IMG/VR virus record: IMGVR_UViG_2806310403_000001
Location: 1,848-65,847 of that record
Length of the DNA: 64,000 nt
From: a virus
Direction: 5' to 3' (one strand)
Numbering within the stretch: the first letter of the stretch is position 1; every line of letters begins with the position of its first letter. The notes under the pieces are model-generated. The model saw nothing but the letters and a program-made list of their open reading frames with translations. It did no database searches and was not told where the DNA came from. Position numbers and translations under genes: made by a program. Below are positions 1 to 10,321 of this stretch, in pieces.

Positions 1-1530
1 AGCCTCACGAAGCACAGCATCAACCTTCGCGCGCCACACTTCAGCATCCGCTTGGTATTCCGCCAGTAGCACGCGCGCCCCCTCCATCTGCAACTGCTTG
101 CCTTTGATCTTGATGTCAGCCTTGTTGGCGATGGCTTGCACAGTCGTGGCGTACGCCCTCGACTGCGCCTCAAACATGTTGGCCTTCGCTGCTTCCGCAC
201 GCACCTGCGAATCGAAGGCATCGAATCGGACCTTCTCCGCGTTGACCCTTTCCGCATAGGCTTGCACGTCCGCGCGGTAGCCTTGGAATTGTGCTTCGAC
301 CACATCGGCCTTGACTTTTGCCCCTTCCATGAGCGCCCGGAAGGTGGAGACCGACTGCTCGACTGCGATGAACTTCGCTTTGAAGACCTCCACTTCGTTG
401 GCGTTGTGCGACTGCACAGCCTGCGCTCTGGTGCGCCACACCTCCAGCGTCGCCAGCGCCCGATCCAGTCGCAGACGGAACGCCTCTCGCATGGCGTCAA
501 AGCCCTGAATCCGGGCATTGAAGAGCGCGACTTGTGAATTGAACACTTGGATCTGCGCCTCCGCGCCAAAGCGCGCGACCTCAAAGAGGCGCTTGGTCGT
601 GTTCTCGTGCAGGTTCTGCAGCAGCTGTTCGGTGGCAATTCCGCGTTCAACTGCAAAGCGGATGTTCTCGATCTCCCACTTCGCCGCCTCAATCAGGATG
701 TCGCGGTTCAACTCTGCTGCCTGCGCTCGCCCCTGCTCCTTGGCAACATTGATCTGCTTGACTAGCATTCCCGGCGGCATTGAGAAGCCGCGCGCGGCAA
801 ATGCCGAAACCGACTCATGCACAGCGCGGCGGGTTTCTGCGCTGATGCGATCGCGGCTGCGGCTAAAAAGCGCATCTTCAACATGGGCCGGCAGACCGGT
901 GCCGCCCTGCATGTAGCGCTTGACCCATGCCACCAGATCATCCAACAGTTCACTCTCGTACTGCGGCTCCCGCCAGTCGATAAAGACATTCGGCACAGCG
1001 AAATCCACACTTGGCGGATTGCCGTTGAAATCATCCAGCAACGGGAAATCGAAGTCGGGGATGTCTCGCAACTGGCCGATTGTCGGCAGATCGATCACGG
1101 GCGCCGCAGGAATTGACACATCCGTATCGACCGCCGGCCTCGACGGTGCCGCGGGAAGATTCATCGCCGGTGCATTTGGCACCTGCAAGGTTGGCTGAAC
1201 CGGGGCATCAGGGAGAGGGTCCATAGCCACCTGATCCAGGTCGGATAGCAAATGATCGATCATCGGGCGTGCAGGATCGGCCGGCAGCGCAACCGACGCC
1301 GCCGAGAACTTAGGCTGCGGGTCGAGTTTCACTGCTGCATCGGGAATAGTAGGCGCAGCCGGGCGGGTTGGAGCAGCCACCGTGCCAACGCGGATGCCCG
1401 ATAGATCCTCCAACACCTTCCGCAGTTCAGAAGACCAGTCCTGCAGGTCACTATTCATCCGCGATCGTTGATCCTGCACCACTTCCATGGCCAGGCCCAT
1501 TGCAGCCAACTCCGGGTATTGAGATGCCAT
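1..1530 (-). CDS. Virion structural protein (Pro-rich N-half, coiled-coil C-half), 3' end outside window
   Basis: Manually translated open frame from ATG 1530 (MASQYPELAAMGLAMEVVQ...) to position 1; ATG overlaps the stop of the upstream gene (ATGA). Confidence 0.75.
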   Translation of the reverse strand, partial: MASQYPELAAMGLAMEVVQDQRSRMNSDLQDWSSELRKVLEDLSGIRVGTVAAPTRPAAPTIPDAAVKLDPQPKFSAASVALPADPARPMIDHLLSDLDQVAMDPLPDAPVQPTLQVPNAPAMNLPAAPSRPAVDTDVSIPAAPVIDLPTIGQLRDIPDFDFPLLDDFNGNPPSVDFAVPNVFIDWREPQYESELLDDLVAWVKRYMQGGTGLPAHVEDALFSRSRDRISAETRRAVHESVSAFAARGFSMPPGMLVKQINVAKEQGRAQAAELNRDILIEAAKWEIENIRFAVERGIATEQLLQNLHENTTKRLFEVARFGAEAQIQVFNSQVALFNARIQGFDAMREAFRLRLDRALATLEVWRTRAQAVQSHNANEVEVFKAKFIAVEQSVSTFRALMEGAKVKADVVEAQFQGYRADVQAYAERVNAEKVRFDAFDSQVRAEAAKANMFEAQSRAYATTVQAIANKADIKIKGKQLQMEGARVLLAEYQADAEVWRAKVDAVLREA

Positions 1531-2684
1531 CAGATTCTCCGCTTCGTCGCGTCTGCGACGACGTACAAGTCGTTGATATGTGCGCGCTCGCCGACGAGTT
1601 CCAGCGCGAACGTGAAGTGACGGCCACGCAGGCCGCGACCAAACTTAAAGCGGCCATTTGTCAGTGCAGCGGCCGGCTCACCATCGAGCGGATAGGTCCA
1701 GGACTGCGCGACAGATCCGCCTTGCGTCTGTGTGACCGTCATTACCGCCGAGCCATCGAGTTCGTATTCCAGATAGGCGTACATCGGGTGGGTCAGACCA
1801 CCTTGACCAACGTCCATCTTCCCGGTTGTCAATTTCGCACGAATGATCTCGTCCCCACCGCGCAGCGCCCAAACGCCGTCTGAGCCGGTCGCGAAAGCCA
1901 CCCCATCGACCACGGCGATCGAGTCGAACGGATACTGGTCATACTGAGACATCGCCCATCCGTCAGCTGCGGCTGTCCACGCCGTTCCGGCGCCGGCGCG
2001 CGCGGGGATGAAGTCCTGCACATACACGCTGTCCAGAACGTGCGAGGTGGCGCTGTAGCCAGCCCTGGTCACATCCCTCGCAAGCGCCCTCTCTGTGACT
2101 CGGCCGGCCACAGCAGCTCGAGCGGCAGAGATCTCACGAACCGCGACAGACTCAACCGTCCTCGCAGTTGCCGCCAATCGTCCGCGCGCGTGGTCTGACA
2201 CCAACGCATCGTCAGCAACACGATAGGTGACAGCCGATAACGTGCGATCGTGCACCAAGGTCCTGTCCGTCCTTCGCACGCCAACGCCAACCTGCACGAC
2301 CGCATCACGCACCCGAAGCGCATCAACGGAGCGGCCAGTCCAACCGGCGCGTGATGCGTCGGCAACGGCAACCACCTCGGCGAGCCGGACACCAATGGCC
2401 GAACGCAACGGCGCATCGACAACCCGCACCCGATCCGCCAAACGCGTTGAGCGATCAGCACCGCCTGCAAAGCGGTCCAGCACCCGCACGACATCGCCCA
2501 GGCGACAGCTCGCGGAAGCTCGCCAAACCTCACTCACGCCAACGCTATCCGCAATCCGCTCACCTTTGGTCGGCCGCAAAACATCACGCACCCTTACCGT
2601 GTCCGACAGGCGATTGGCACGACCGGTGCGCCACAACTCGCTCACCGTAATGATGTCGATGTACCTCTCCTGCGCGTCACTCAT
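1530..2684 (-). CDS. Putative tail/virion protein with repetitive 'D.V.V.D' beta-strand region
   Basis: 384-aa ORF coupled to neighbours in the structural operon. Confidence 0.7.
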   Translation of the reverse strand: MSDAQERYIDIITVSELWRTGRANRLSDTVRVRDVLRPTKGERIADSVGVSEVWRASASCRLGDVVRVLDRFAGGADRSTRLADRVRVVDAPLRSAIGVRLAEVVAVADASRAGWTGRSVDALRVRDAVVQVGVGVRRTDRTLVHDRTLSAVTYRVADDALVSDHARGRLAATARTVESVAVREISAARAAVAGRVTERALARDVTRAGYSATSHVLDSVYVQDFIPARAGAGTAWTAAADGWAMSQYDQYPFDSIAVVDGVAFATGSDGVWALRGGDEIIRAKLTTGKMDVGQGGLTHPMYAYLEYELDGSAVMTVTQTQGGSVAQSWTYPLDGEPAAALTNGRFKFGRGLRGRHFTFALELVGERAHINDLYVVADATKRRI

Positions 2685-5262
2685 GGATCACCCCGATAAA
2701 AAAGGGCATGCTGCGAATGCCATGAAACCTCGTGTGCCCACGGCGCGCACCGCCTTCACTGGTGACCTCGTATGTGATGTCGCCCAAACAGTTGCGCGTG
2801 GCATCTTCTCGAAAGCTGGCACCTGGTATACCGGGCGTCGGGGATTGTTCGCGGTACTTTTGGATGCTGACTTTCTGGCGAACAGTCATCACACCACGCT
2901 GCTCCCACTCCACGTCCCCAATGTTTGGTTCATCTGGCGGCGTGGTAGTGCTCGTGCTGTGCGTCCTGATCTTGGGATCTGACCCGCCTCCGTAGGGGCC
3001 CGTCTCCGTCCCCAATGACCATCCATACCTTGCCGTTGGACCATTCAGAATGGATTGCGCCCATGACGTAACTTCTCCTAAGCCAGGGCCCCAACTGCCG
3101 CTGTCTGCGAAATCCGAGCAAGACGACGCACCGAATCGCTCGTCAACAATTCGGTACTCTGTAGGCTTGTTGCTGTACCAATTGCCTCGGATCGCATAGG
3201 AATTAGGATCGGAAATCCAGCTCCACTTCAGTTCATCACTGACAACCGTTCTGCCGTTATTCCACTTCGCGTGCGCGAACAGCAACGCATTACGGCTTAA
3301 AAATGGCACGCAAGCACCGAGCCCGATCGATTGCCCGTCATATACGGTCTTTATCGTCGTCCTTGTGCTGTAGTAGCGGTAGCGGAATACGCCGCCTGTG
3401 GAAAGGCCTGACCAAACCGGATAGGGGAATAAAATTCTTGGGATACTGTCATATCCAAGGTCCATGCCAACAACATCGGTGACCGTCACATTGCTGTTGG
3501 GCAACGTCTCACGGTAGTCAAAGTCGCTGGAGTACAAACCTCCCTTGGCACTGGATGAAGCGATAGCGCTGGTCTTGCTCCAACTGCCAACGATCATGCA
3601 GTCCTCGTAATTGGACTGTTCCGCCGTGCTGTATGTCCGGTTGTCGTCTGAAAATTGCTTTACCACCTTCAGGCTGTCACCGCTGTAGTAGCCGAAAAAG
3701 ATCGTGTCCCATCGGTCTGGATAGCCAGCCAGCTTGCCCCGCTCGATTGGCGCAACGATGTCAACACACCCTCCGCTGCTCGGCTCTGGCACTTTGAAGC
3801 TGATGCCTGGAATGTAGGGTCCAGATGCCACCCGCGCAACCCCGCCGGCCACGTCGGCTATTGGCGAAAGCTCACGGTTTCGCCAGTAATTGACCTCACT
3901 TTCCACCAGGGTCGTCTGGTAGATGCGCAGGGACAACTCCTCTGCTGGCGTACGGTAGATCTTGTAGAGGATCGCATCACGCTCCGCAGCAGCATCCCCT
4001 AGGCCATTGACGATTGTGTTCGTGTAGCTGGCCAATTGCCCGGATGTCTGCGTGTTCAGATCCATCAGCGCCTGCGGCATCTTGCCGTCGAATCGTGTCG
4101 CTCCAATCCGCAGGCTCAACTTGTAGCCATTGGCGTAGACCATCCCCTCGCCACTCACCTCATCTGAAAACCTCGCCTCAAGGCAGGTGTTGTAGCCCTC
4201 TCGTCCATGGTCTGCAAACGACCATCCGCAGGCACCGTAGAGCGCATAGTGCGAGTAGAAGTCGCCGACATCGGCGATCTTCACAATGCCGCCTGCCCGC
4301 ACCCATGCCGCGAACACCGAGCTCGACTGCGGGAAATCTTCGCCGCTTGGCATGCCGCCAAACATATCCAGCAGCGTCACGATCTCAGCGTCGCCAACCG
4401 CCTCGACATAGGCCCGGAATGCCGTCGTCGTCGTCAGCGGCACCATCGGCAGCGGCATCGCATAGACGCCGGCCGCGTTAACCCTGATGAGCCAGGGCTT
4501 GCCGTCGTCGCCGAATGTCAGTCCGTGCGATCGTGAATGGTGGAAGTCGTACTGGATTTGCCCATCGGCAGATGGCTGCCCGAAAAATCCAGGTAGCACC
4601 ACTCCATTAATGGCCTTTTGCGCATCCCTCAGATACTCGCGAGGCACATCCATCACCGCGGTCTCATACCTGGCATAAGGATCACTGGTCGCCACACTGA
4701 CATCCTGGCGACCATACCCAGCCACACATTGCACGAGCGCCTGCATGGCGCCCGAATACCAACTCGGATGCTGTGCGTGGTACTGCGTGTAGACAAATCC
4801 TTCACCCGAACCGAGGGGCTTGAGGGACTGGAAAGCCGGGCCGTACTCAATGGTGAAGCGCTCCAGCGCCAGCAAGCCAGGCGCCGCACTGTTCGCCTCG
4901 TACTGGTGCAACCGACGCCTGCAGGCGCTGGTCAGCGCCAGTTGGAGTTTTTCGCCTTGCCGGACGATGGGGGTGGTCGGCACACCACTGAACAACATCG
5001 GCACATACCCACCATTGCGGACCACCGATCTCGCTGATGATGGACAGGATCCCTCGCGCACCACCACCTTGAAAACGCCGCCCATGTCATGCAAGACGGC
5101 CACGCGACCACTTGGCAGCACCCTGCGCCACCGCAGCGCCTCCAGATCGGAGACGTGCTTGAAATTGGTGAGGCGCCTCGTAAGATAGGCTACAGCTGCG
5201 GCATCGTCGGCAGACAGGTCCGAATCTTCTACGAAGCGCCCATACGGGCGCAGCGCGTGCAT
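2677..5262 (-). CDS. Putative virion/tail protein (861 aa)
   Basis: Long ORF translationally coupled within the structural operon. Confidence 0.7.
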   Translation of the reverse strand: MHALRPYGRFVEDSDLSADDAAAVAYLTRRLTNFKHVSDLEALRWRRVLPSGRVAVLHDMGGVFKVVVREGSCPSSARSVVRNGGYVPMLFSGVPTTPIVRQGEKLQLALTSACRRRLHQYEANSAAPGLLALERFTIEYGPAFQSLKPLGSGEGFVYTQYHAQHPSWYSGAMQALVQCVAGYGRQDVSVATSDPYARYETAVMDVPREYLRDAQKAINGVVLPGFFGQPSADGQIQYDFHHSRSHGLTFGDDGKPWLIRVNAAGVYAMPLPMVPLTTTTAFRAYVEAVGDAEIVTLLDMFGGMPSGEDFPQSSSVFAAWVRAGGIVKIADVGDFYSHYALYGACGWSFADHGREGYNTCLEARFSDEVSGEGMVYANGYKLSLRIGATRFDGKMPQALMDLNTQTSGQLASYTNTIVNGLGDAAAERDAILYKIYRTPAEELSLRIYQTTLVESEVNYWRNRELSPIADVAGGVARVASGPYIPGISFKVPEPSSGGCVDIVAPIERGKLAGYPDRWDTIFFGYYSGDSLKVVKQFSDDNRTYSTAEQSNYEDCMIVGSWSKTSAIASSSAKGGLYSSDFDYRETLPNSNVTVTDVVGMDLGYDSIPRILFPYPVWSGLSTGGVFRYRYYSTRTTIKTVYDGQSIGLGACVPFLSRNALLFAHAKWNNGRTVVSDELKWSWISDPNSYAIRGNWYSNKPTEYRIVDERFGASSCSDFADSGSWGPGLGEVTSWAQSILNGPTARYGWSLGTETGPYGGGSDPKIRTHSTSTTTPPDEPNIGDVEWEQRGVMTVRQKVSIQKYREQSPTPGIPGASFREDATRNCLGDITYEVTSEGGARRGHTRFHGIRSMPFFIGVIHE

Positions 5263-5852
5263 CAGACGGTCATTTCAAGGCGATAGCCAACCCGGAACGT
5301 GTTGCCATTCTGGAAGGTATAGGGGGCGTCGTAGAGCGTTGCCGACACCAGGACGCCAGTAGTAGCCCCCTTCGCCGAAGCCGTCAGCAACGCCGAGCCG
5401 GTCACGTTCACCGTCGCCGATGTGGCGAATGTCACTTCGACCTCGCTCGCGTAATTGTCGATGTGCGTGTCTGCGGAGGCATTCGTGGATGTCCACGGAA
5501 TGCGCGTGGCCAAGGTGTAGCCCTCGCTCGAGCTGACGATCTCGCCGGCAACCGATGCGAAGTTGGAGGCTGCCCAGTTCGATGCCGGCGCGGTAGAGCC
5601 GGAAAACAGCGCCACGAAATAGCCGGCCGGCTTCGGCGTGGAGCCAAGAGCCACGTTCAGCAGATGCAGCAGCCCCTCCTTGGTTACCAGGTTGCGCGAT
5701 GACTGAACAATGCCATCCACCGTCGGCGTGTAGAGCCCCGCCACCTTCACGGACTCGCGCGGGAACACAAGACCAGAATCGGTTATATCAAACCGGTCTG
5801 CCAGCGTAGAGGCAAGCAGATCGCGGGCGAGGTTTTTCTGAATGTTGAGCAT
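5262..5852 (-). CDS. Virion structural protein (tail-fibre/collar-like small beta protein)
   Basis: GGAG RBS before ATG 5852; 'NLVTKEGLLHLLN...YFVALF' pattern typical of phage tail structural proteins. Confidence 0.65.
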   Translation of the reverse strand: MLNIQKNLARDLLASTLADRFDITDSGLVFPRESVKVAGLYTPTVDGIVQSSRNLVTKEGLLHLLNVALGSTPKPAGYFVALFSGSTAPASNWAASNFASVAGEIVSSSEGYTLATRIPWTSTNASADTHIDNYASEVEVTFATSATVNVTGSALLTASAKGATTGVLVSATLYDAPYTFQNGNTFRVGYRLEMTV

Positions 5853-5920
5853 GATCGCTCCAAGGCGAACCCGTCGCCAGCGGGACGCACTCCTGCGCAT
5901 CCGTAAATGGTGGTGAAATG

Positions 5921-7108
5921 CTATCCCAGCACCGTCAATATCCTTTCACCCCATACAGTGGACGCGCCGGCCGAGGCGCGAATACCGGCGATGCTCTTGC
6001 GATGAATCTCGACAACCTGCCCGTCAGCCGTGCCAATCACATAACCGTTCTCCGCAAGCCATAGCGCCGCCTGCGACCCTCCAGCCACCTCCCCCAGCAG
6101 TTCGGCATCAAGCAATATGGCGCTCCCATACACCGGAGCCTTGGCGCCTCGTCGAAGCACCTGCAGATCGTCAGGCTGCGATCCTGAGAGAAAGAGCACA
6201 TGATCGACTTGGCCAACCCACAAGCCGCCCTCGACTGCCACCACAAAGGTGATCCGTTGCGGGAACTGCACGAAGTCATGCCGCCGATCATGGAGGTGCC
6301 ATGCCATCGGATGAGAGAACGACAGCACCCGATTCGTTGCCGTCACGAGCCTGCCCTTCCAATGTCCAAGGAATCGCCCTGCCGGCATGGCGTCCAGGTG
6401 CTGGAACTCTGGTGCCCCGCCAAGCAGTGGCATCGCCACAATGTCCACCGAGTCACCATTCACGGCGTGATCCCCGGCATGCAGCAGCACACGGCTTCCC
6501 GGTTTGGTCATGTAGAGCCTCGCCATCGTGATCGACGGATCAATGGAATATGGCATGCCGACGGTCAGCCCGCCGCCGTCTTGCAACGCGGCATAAGCGA
6601 CCTCGGACACCGAGGATTCGAGTGAGCCGCGCAGCCAAGATATGGCCACGCCATAGTCCCCTGACTCCAGCGCTCCGCCCGTCCGGACCAGCGCCGGCAT
6701 GCCTGGCGTCTCTATAGGCAGTCTTGTGGCGGCCTGACCATCGAATGTGAAAATGCCATCCACTCCAGCAACCGCCACGCGCCCATTGAGTACGCAATGG
6801 CTTGCCCAACCGCCCCCCAAGTCCGCCAGTTCGACGCAGCTCCAATCGTCGGGGTCGATTTTCACCCAAGCGGTCCCAAGCATCCCGAATAGGTCGCCGT
6901 GCAGATGGCTATACCACAGGTGCTTGTATGGCGTGCTCGTGACCATCTTGACTTGCCCGCGCATGTGCAGGCGTCCTGTATCCGTGATGTCAAAGTTGAG
7001 GGCCTCACGCACGAAAACAGTCGGATCATCCCCGCCGCGCACCAGTGCCGCGTCATCCTCTGATCGGTTGTTGATGCCGGCCAGCGGCATCAGCCTGGTA
7101 TTTGCCAT
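5921..7108 (-). CDS. Putative tail tubular/nozzle-like protein
   Basis: 395-aa beta-rich ORF with GGAG RBS in the structural operon. Confidence 0.6.
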   Translation of the reverse strand: MANTRLMPLAGINNRSEDDAALVRGGDDPTVFVREALNFDITDTGRLHMRGQVKMVTSTPYKHLWYSHLHGDLFGMLGTAWVKIDPDDWSCVELADLGGGWASHCVLNGRVAVAGVDGIFTFDGQAATRLPIETPGMPALVRTGGALESGDYGVAISWLRGSLESSVSEVAYAALQDGGGLTVGMPYSIDPSITMARLYMTKPGSRVLLHAGDHAVNGDSVDIVAMPLLGGAPEFQHLDAMPAGRFLGHWKGRLVTATNRVLSFSHPMAWHLHDRRHDFVQFPQRITFVVAVEGGLWVGQVDHVLFLSGSQPDDLQVLRRGAKAPVYGSAILLDAELLGEVAGGSQAALWLAENGYVIGTADGQVVEIHRKSIAGIRASAGASTVWGERILTVLG

Positions 7109-9960
7109 ACGAATGGACTCCTTGACATATCCCCATTGCCATCGGGATTGATGAACTGCGCCCGGTTTTGCACATCGGGAAAGCCCAATTCTTGGGTATC
7201 GAACCCATCAGCCCACAACCCCATAGAGGGCACCGGAGGCTGCGAAGTGCCTTCAACGCGCATCCGATCGGCAAACCGCGTCAGGTCATACTCCATCAAG
7301 AGGTTGTCGTTTCCACCCAATCGATACTCACGCACCCGGTACGATATCCATGGCTCCCCAATGGCTGAGTTATCCCACCCATTAAATGTTGGGTTGTCCG
7401 GCGCCCCAACCCACAGGCGCTGTCGCATGAACCGGGGGCCGCTGCCCGACACCCCCATGCCCATAGAGTCCCACCCCTGGAGACTGCGAGCGCGGTGGTA
7501 GTTGTCGCACTCAGTGTCTGTGCCAACCATAAGAGAATCCCAACCCTTTGGCGTCGCCTTGGTCACCAGGTCAGCCGGGAAGGCAACCGTCGGCCTGCCG
7601 AACAGCAGGACATCCGGGCTATCCCACTGCTCAATCACCTTGTCACCACCGAGCACCTCAAGCACACCCATCCTGCGATGCGTAAATCCATCCGGATACA
7701 GGTAGTTCGTGGCATTGAAGATAGCGGCATTGCCAAGCCGGCTCGACGCAAACCCTGTTAGATGCATCGGTGGTGGCGGGAAATGGCTCAACCGCGGATT
7801 GCCAAAAACCTCGCCCGGCTTTCGATCTCCCCCATCGCTGTTGACGTAGTGCAGATACCGAGGCTCGTGGTTTGCTATCGCCTGCGAAGGCGCCTCCATC
7901 ACCGCGTAGACGGTATGCGGATTCACCCTCATTTTGGGTGGCTCAAAGACCTCTCCGATTGGAAACGGCCCTGCATAGATCGTTCGAACCTTGTTCTCGA
8001 TGAAGGGTGCACCGAAGTTTCCAGGCCCTGCAATGGAATCGGGCAGGATGGCGTTGTCAAAGAACTCCGACTGGCCAATTGCCATCGAGTCCCAACCCTT
8101 GATGTCGAAGCTCCGCACATTGAAGGCAGGATCTGGCACGTCCTCGTGGAACCAGCCCGATGGCCGAATCCACTTCGTCGGATCTGGTGGCGGCACGTAG
8201 TCGTTGTAGATGCGCGCCTTGTCGCCAACCACCATCGAATGGATGCCCAACGTCCTGAAACTCTTGGTGCGGTCTGCGATGTGCGATCGGCCGAACAACT
8301 GCATGTCGGCGCCATCGACGCCGATGATTCGCCATTGCGTGCGAACAAACGCATTTCCAAACTCGTTTGATTCCCTCCCTCTGGTGCGCAGCTCAGGTGT
8401 CAGGTTCTTGACGAATGGATCGCCAAACCAATCGCCCTGTTTTGTCCAGCGCGGCGCTATGACGTTGAACCGCTCATAGACATAGTGGCGATTACCGGCT
8501 GGCGGCTCCACACCAAACGGCTCCAGGTAACGGGTGTTGAGTTTGACCAGCGGGAGATCGACCTGGGGCGGCTCAATAGAATTACGCCGCTCAACCTCCA
8601 ATGTGCGCACCCTGTCAGCCAGAAACGCCGCCCCAAACTCCTGCGAGTCCCAATTGCCAAGCCAGCGGAAATAGCGCCGATTGCTCTCAACATGGGCCCA
8701 GCCAAACGCCTGGCTATCCCGCCCGAGAGACTCCACCAGCCGGGCATTGTTGTAGATGCGGCTCCACCGCGTCAGGATCTGGCTGTCCCAACCATCAAAG
8801 TGCAACTCCTGCACGGCGCCGGCAACGAATGCGCGACCGAAGGACTGTGAATCCCAGGAAGACCGCTCCAACAGACGCGCATTGTTATAGAGCAGGGTGT
8901 ACCCGTAGCGGGCAGCGTCGAATCCATAGATGCCCAGGTCTCGGTTGCGATTGGTGACCAGTGTCCACTCGGCCGCCGGGAAGTCACCAGCCATCCCACC
9001 CAGTCCATCATCGCGCTGCGTGATGACTTGGGTTTGGTTGAACACCTCCTGGCGCCCGAAGCGGTATGCTTCCTCGCCGTGCGAAAGCCATCCAGGAGGC
9101 CGCACGTAGGAGATGTAGTTCGAGACATTGCCAAGCCCGAATGTATCGCTGCGCCAGCCATCCACAATCTGCACCTGGCTTGGCGGCTTGATCGTCGTAC
9201 CGAACGTCTGTGAATCCCACCCCTGCGCAAACAAGTAGCGCGTGGGCGCCACTACCAAATTGCCAACCACTAGCGAATGGATACCACTTGGCGTGAGGTA
9301 GCGTGGTGAATGGCTCAACCAGGCCGCAGAACCGTAGCGTGCCGAATTGATCCCGGCCGGAGCGAGTGCACGCACCCCATGCGACAGTGTGACCGCACCA
9401 TAACGCGCTGAATTGATGCCTGGCGGCGACGGGTAGAACTCCCGGTGCGAAACCGCTGGTCTGCCGTACAGGTTTCTCGGGTTGATGTTCCCGGCATAGA
9501 GGAACTGGTTGTAGTTGTAGATCGTTGGCGCGCCAAACGCCTGCCAGTCTCGTCCCTGCCATAACAGGGATCTCTCCCAGTTGGAGATTTCAGGCAAACC
9601 CACAACACCACTTGCCCAACCAGATGGCCAGATGTCCTGTGGCTTCGTGAGCGCAGCGGAACCCACCGCGCCATTCGACCACCCAAGCGGGTGCAGCAAA
9701 CGAGCGTTGTTGGTGATCGCGTGACCGCCGGTCGCCAGACTCCCCCAGCCGACCGCCAGAAGGTAGCGGGTGAACAACTGAAGGTCATGGTTCGCAATCG
9801 AGGAAGACGCCCAGCCGCCCGGGAAGACATACTGATCCTCCCCAACAGGTCCATCGCCGGCACCAAAATTGAGTGCGATCCGGTCCCCGTGCGGCGGCGT
9901 GTATGGTCCGCTGAAATTCAGCGCAACATAGTCCCCATCCGGTGGCGTGTAGTCGGCCAT
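7090..9960 (-). CDS. Large repetitive tail protein (GWDSx(2)FG-like repeats)
   Basis: 956-aa ORF with many imperfect 'GWDS/GINS...FG/YG' repeats. Confidence 0.7.
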   Translation of the reverse strand: MADYTPPDGDYVALNFSGPYTPPHGDRIALNFGAGDGPVGEDQYVFPGGWASSSIANHDLQLFTRYLLAVGWGSLATGGHAITNNARLLHPLGWSNGAVGSAALTKPQDIWPSGWASGVVGLPEISNWERSLLWQGRDWQAFGAPTIYNYNQFLYAGNINPRNLYGRPAVSHREFYPSPPGINSARYGAVTLSHGVRALAPAGINSARYGSAAWLSHSPRYLTPSGIHSLVVGNLVVAPTRYLFAQGWDSQTFGTTIKPPSQVQIVDGWRSDTFGLGNVSNYISYVRPPGWLSHGEEAYRFGRQEVFNQTQVITQRDDGLGGMAGDFPAAEWTLVTNRNRDLGIYGFDAARYGYTLLYNNARLLERSSWDSQSFGRAFVAGAVQELHFDGWDSQILTRWSRIYNNARLVESLGRDSQAFGWAHVESNRRYFRWLGNWDSQEFGAAFLADRVRTLEVERRNSIEPPQVDLPLVKLNTRYLEPFGVEPPAGNRHYVYERFNVIAPRWTKQGDWFGDPFVKNLTPELRTRGRESNEFGNAFVRTQWRIIGVDGADMQLFGRSHIADRTKSFRTLGIHSMVVGDKARIYNDYVPPPDPTKWIRPSGWFHEDVPDPAFNVRSFDIKGWDSMAIGQSEFFDNAILPDSIAGPGNFGAPFIENKVRTIYAGPFPIGEVFEPPKMRVNPHTVYAVMEAPSQAIANHEPRYLHYVNSDGGDRKPGEVFGNPRLSHFPPPPMHLTGFASSRLGNAAIFNATNYLYPDGFTHRRMGVLEVLGGDKVIEQWDSPDVLLFGRPTVAFPADLVTKATPKGWDSLMVGTDTECDNYHRARSLQGWDSMGMGVSGSGPRFMRQRLWVGAPDNPTFNGWDNSAIGEPWISYRVREYRLGGNDNLLMEYDLTRFADRMRVEGTSQPPVPSMGLWADGFDTQELGFPDVQNRAQFINPDGNGDMSRSPFVWQIPG

Positions 9961-9961
9961 C

Positions 9962-10321
9962 TCATACCTTCGGCGCGACGTTCGATGCAATCACGTCATT
10001 GCGTTCGGCCTTGCGCGCCACCACGTCATAGCGCATATTGGCGCTCAGGCCGGTGACTTCCCAGACGCCCGAAGGGGCAGACACCGTTGAGCGCAAAAGC
10101 AGCCCATCTAGGGCCTGACTCTCTGACCGCACCAGCACACGCACCGTCGCAGACGTTGGCACCCCTTCGTCAGTGGTGATCCCATCAGGGAATGAACCCG
10201 CGAGGTAGCCGCTGCCGGTGGCCAGGATCAGTCGATCGCGGCGCGCCAACGAACGCAGATTGGCGCGCTCCAGGGCATAACGCACTGGCAGCCACAGGAC
10301 AGACTCGAAACTCACTGCCAT
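9962..10321 (-). CDS. Small tail-associated Ig-like/carboxypeptidase-regulatory-like domain protein
   Basis: 'ATVRVL...L.RSTVS...GVWEVTGL...YDVVAR...NDVIASNVAP' pattern. Confidence 0.55.
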   Translation of the reverse strand: MAVSFESVLWLPVRYALERANLRSLARRDRLILATGSGYLAGSFPDGITTDEGVPTSATVRVLVRSESQALDGLLLRSTVSAPSGVWEVTGLSANMRYDVVARKAERNDVIASNVAPKV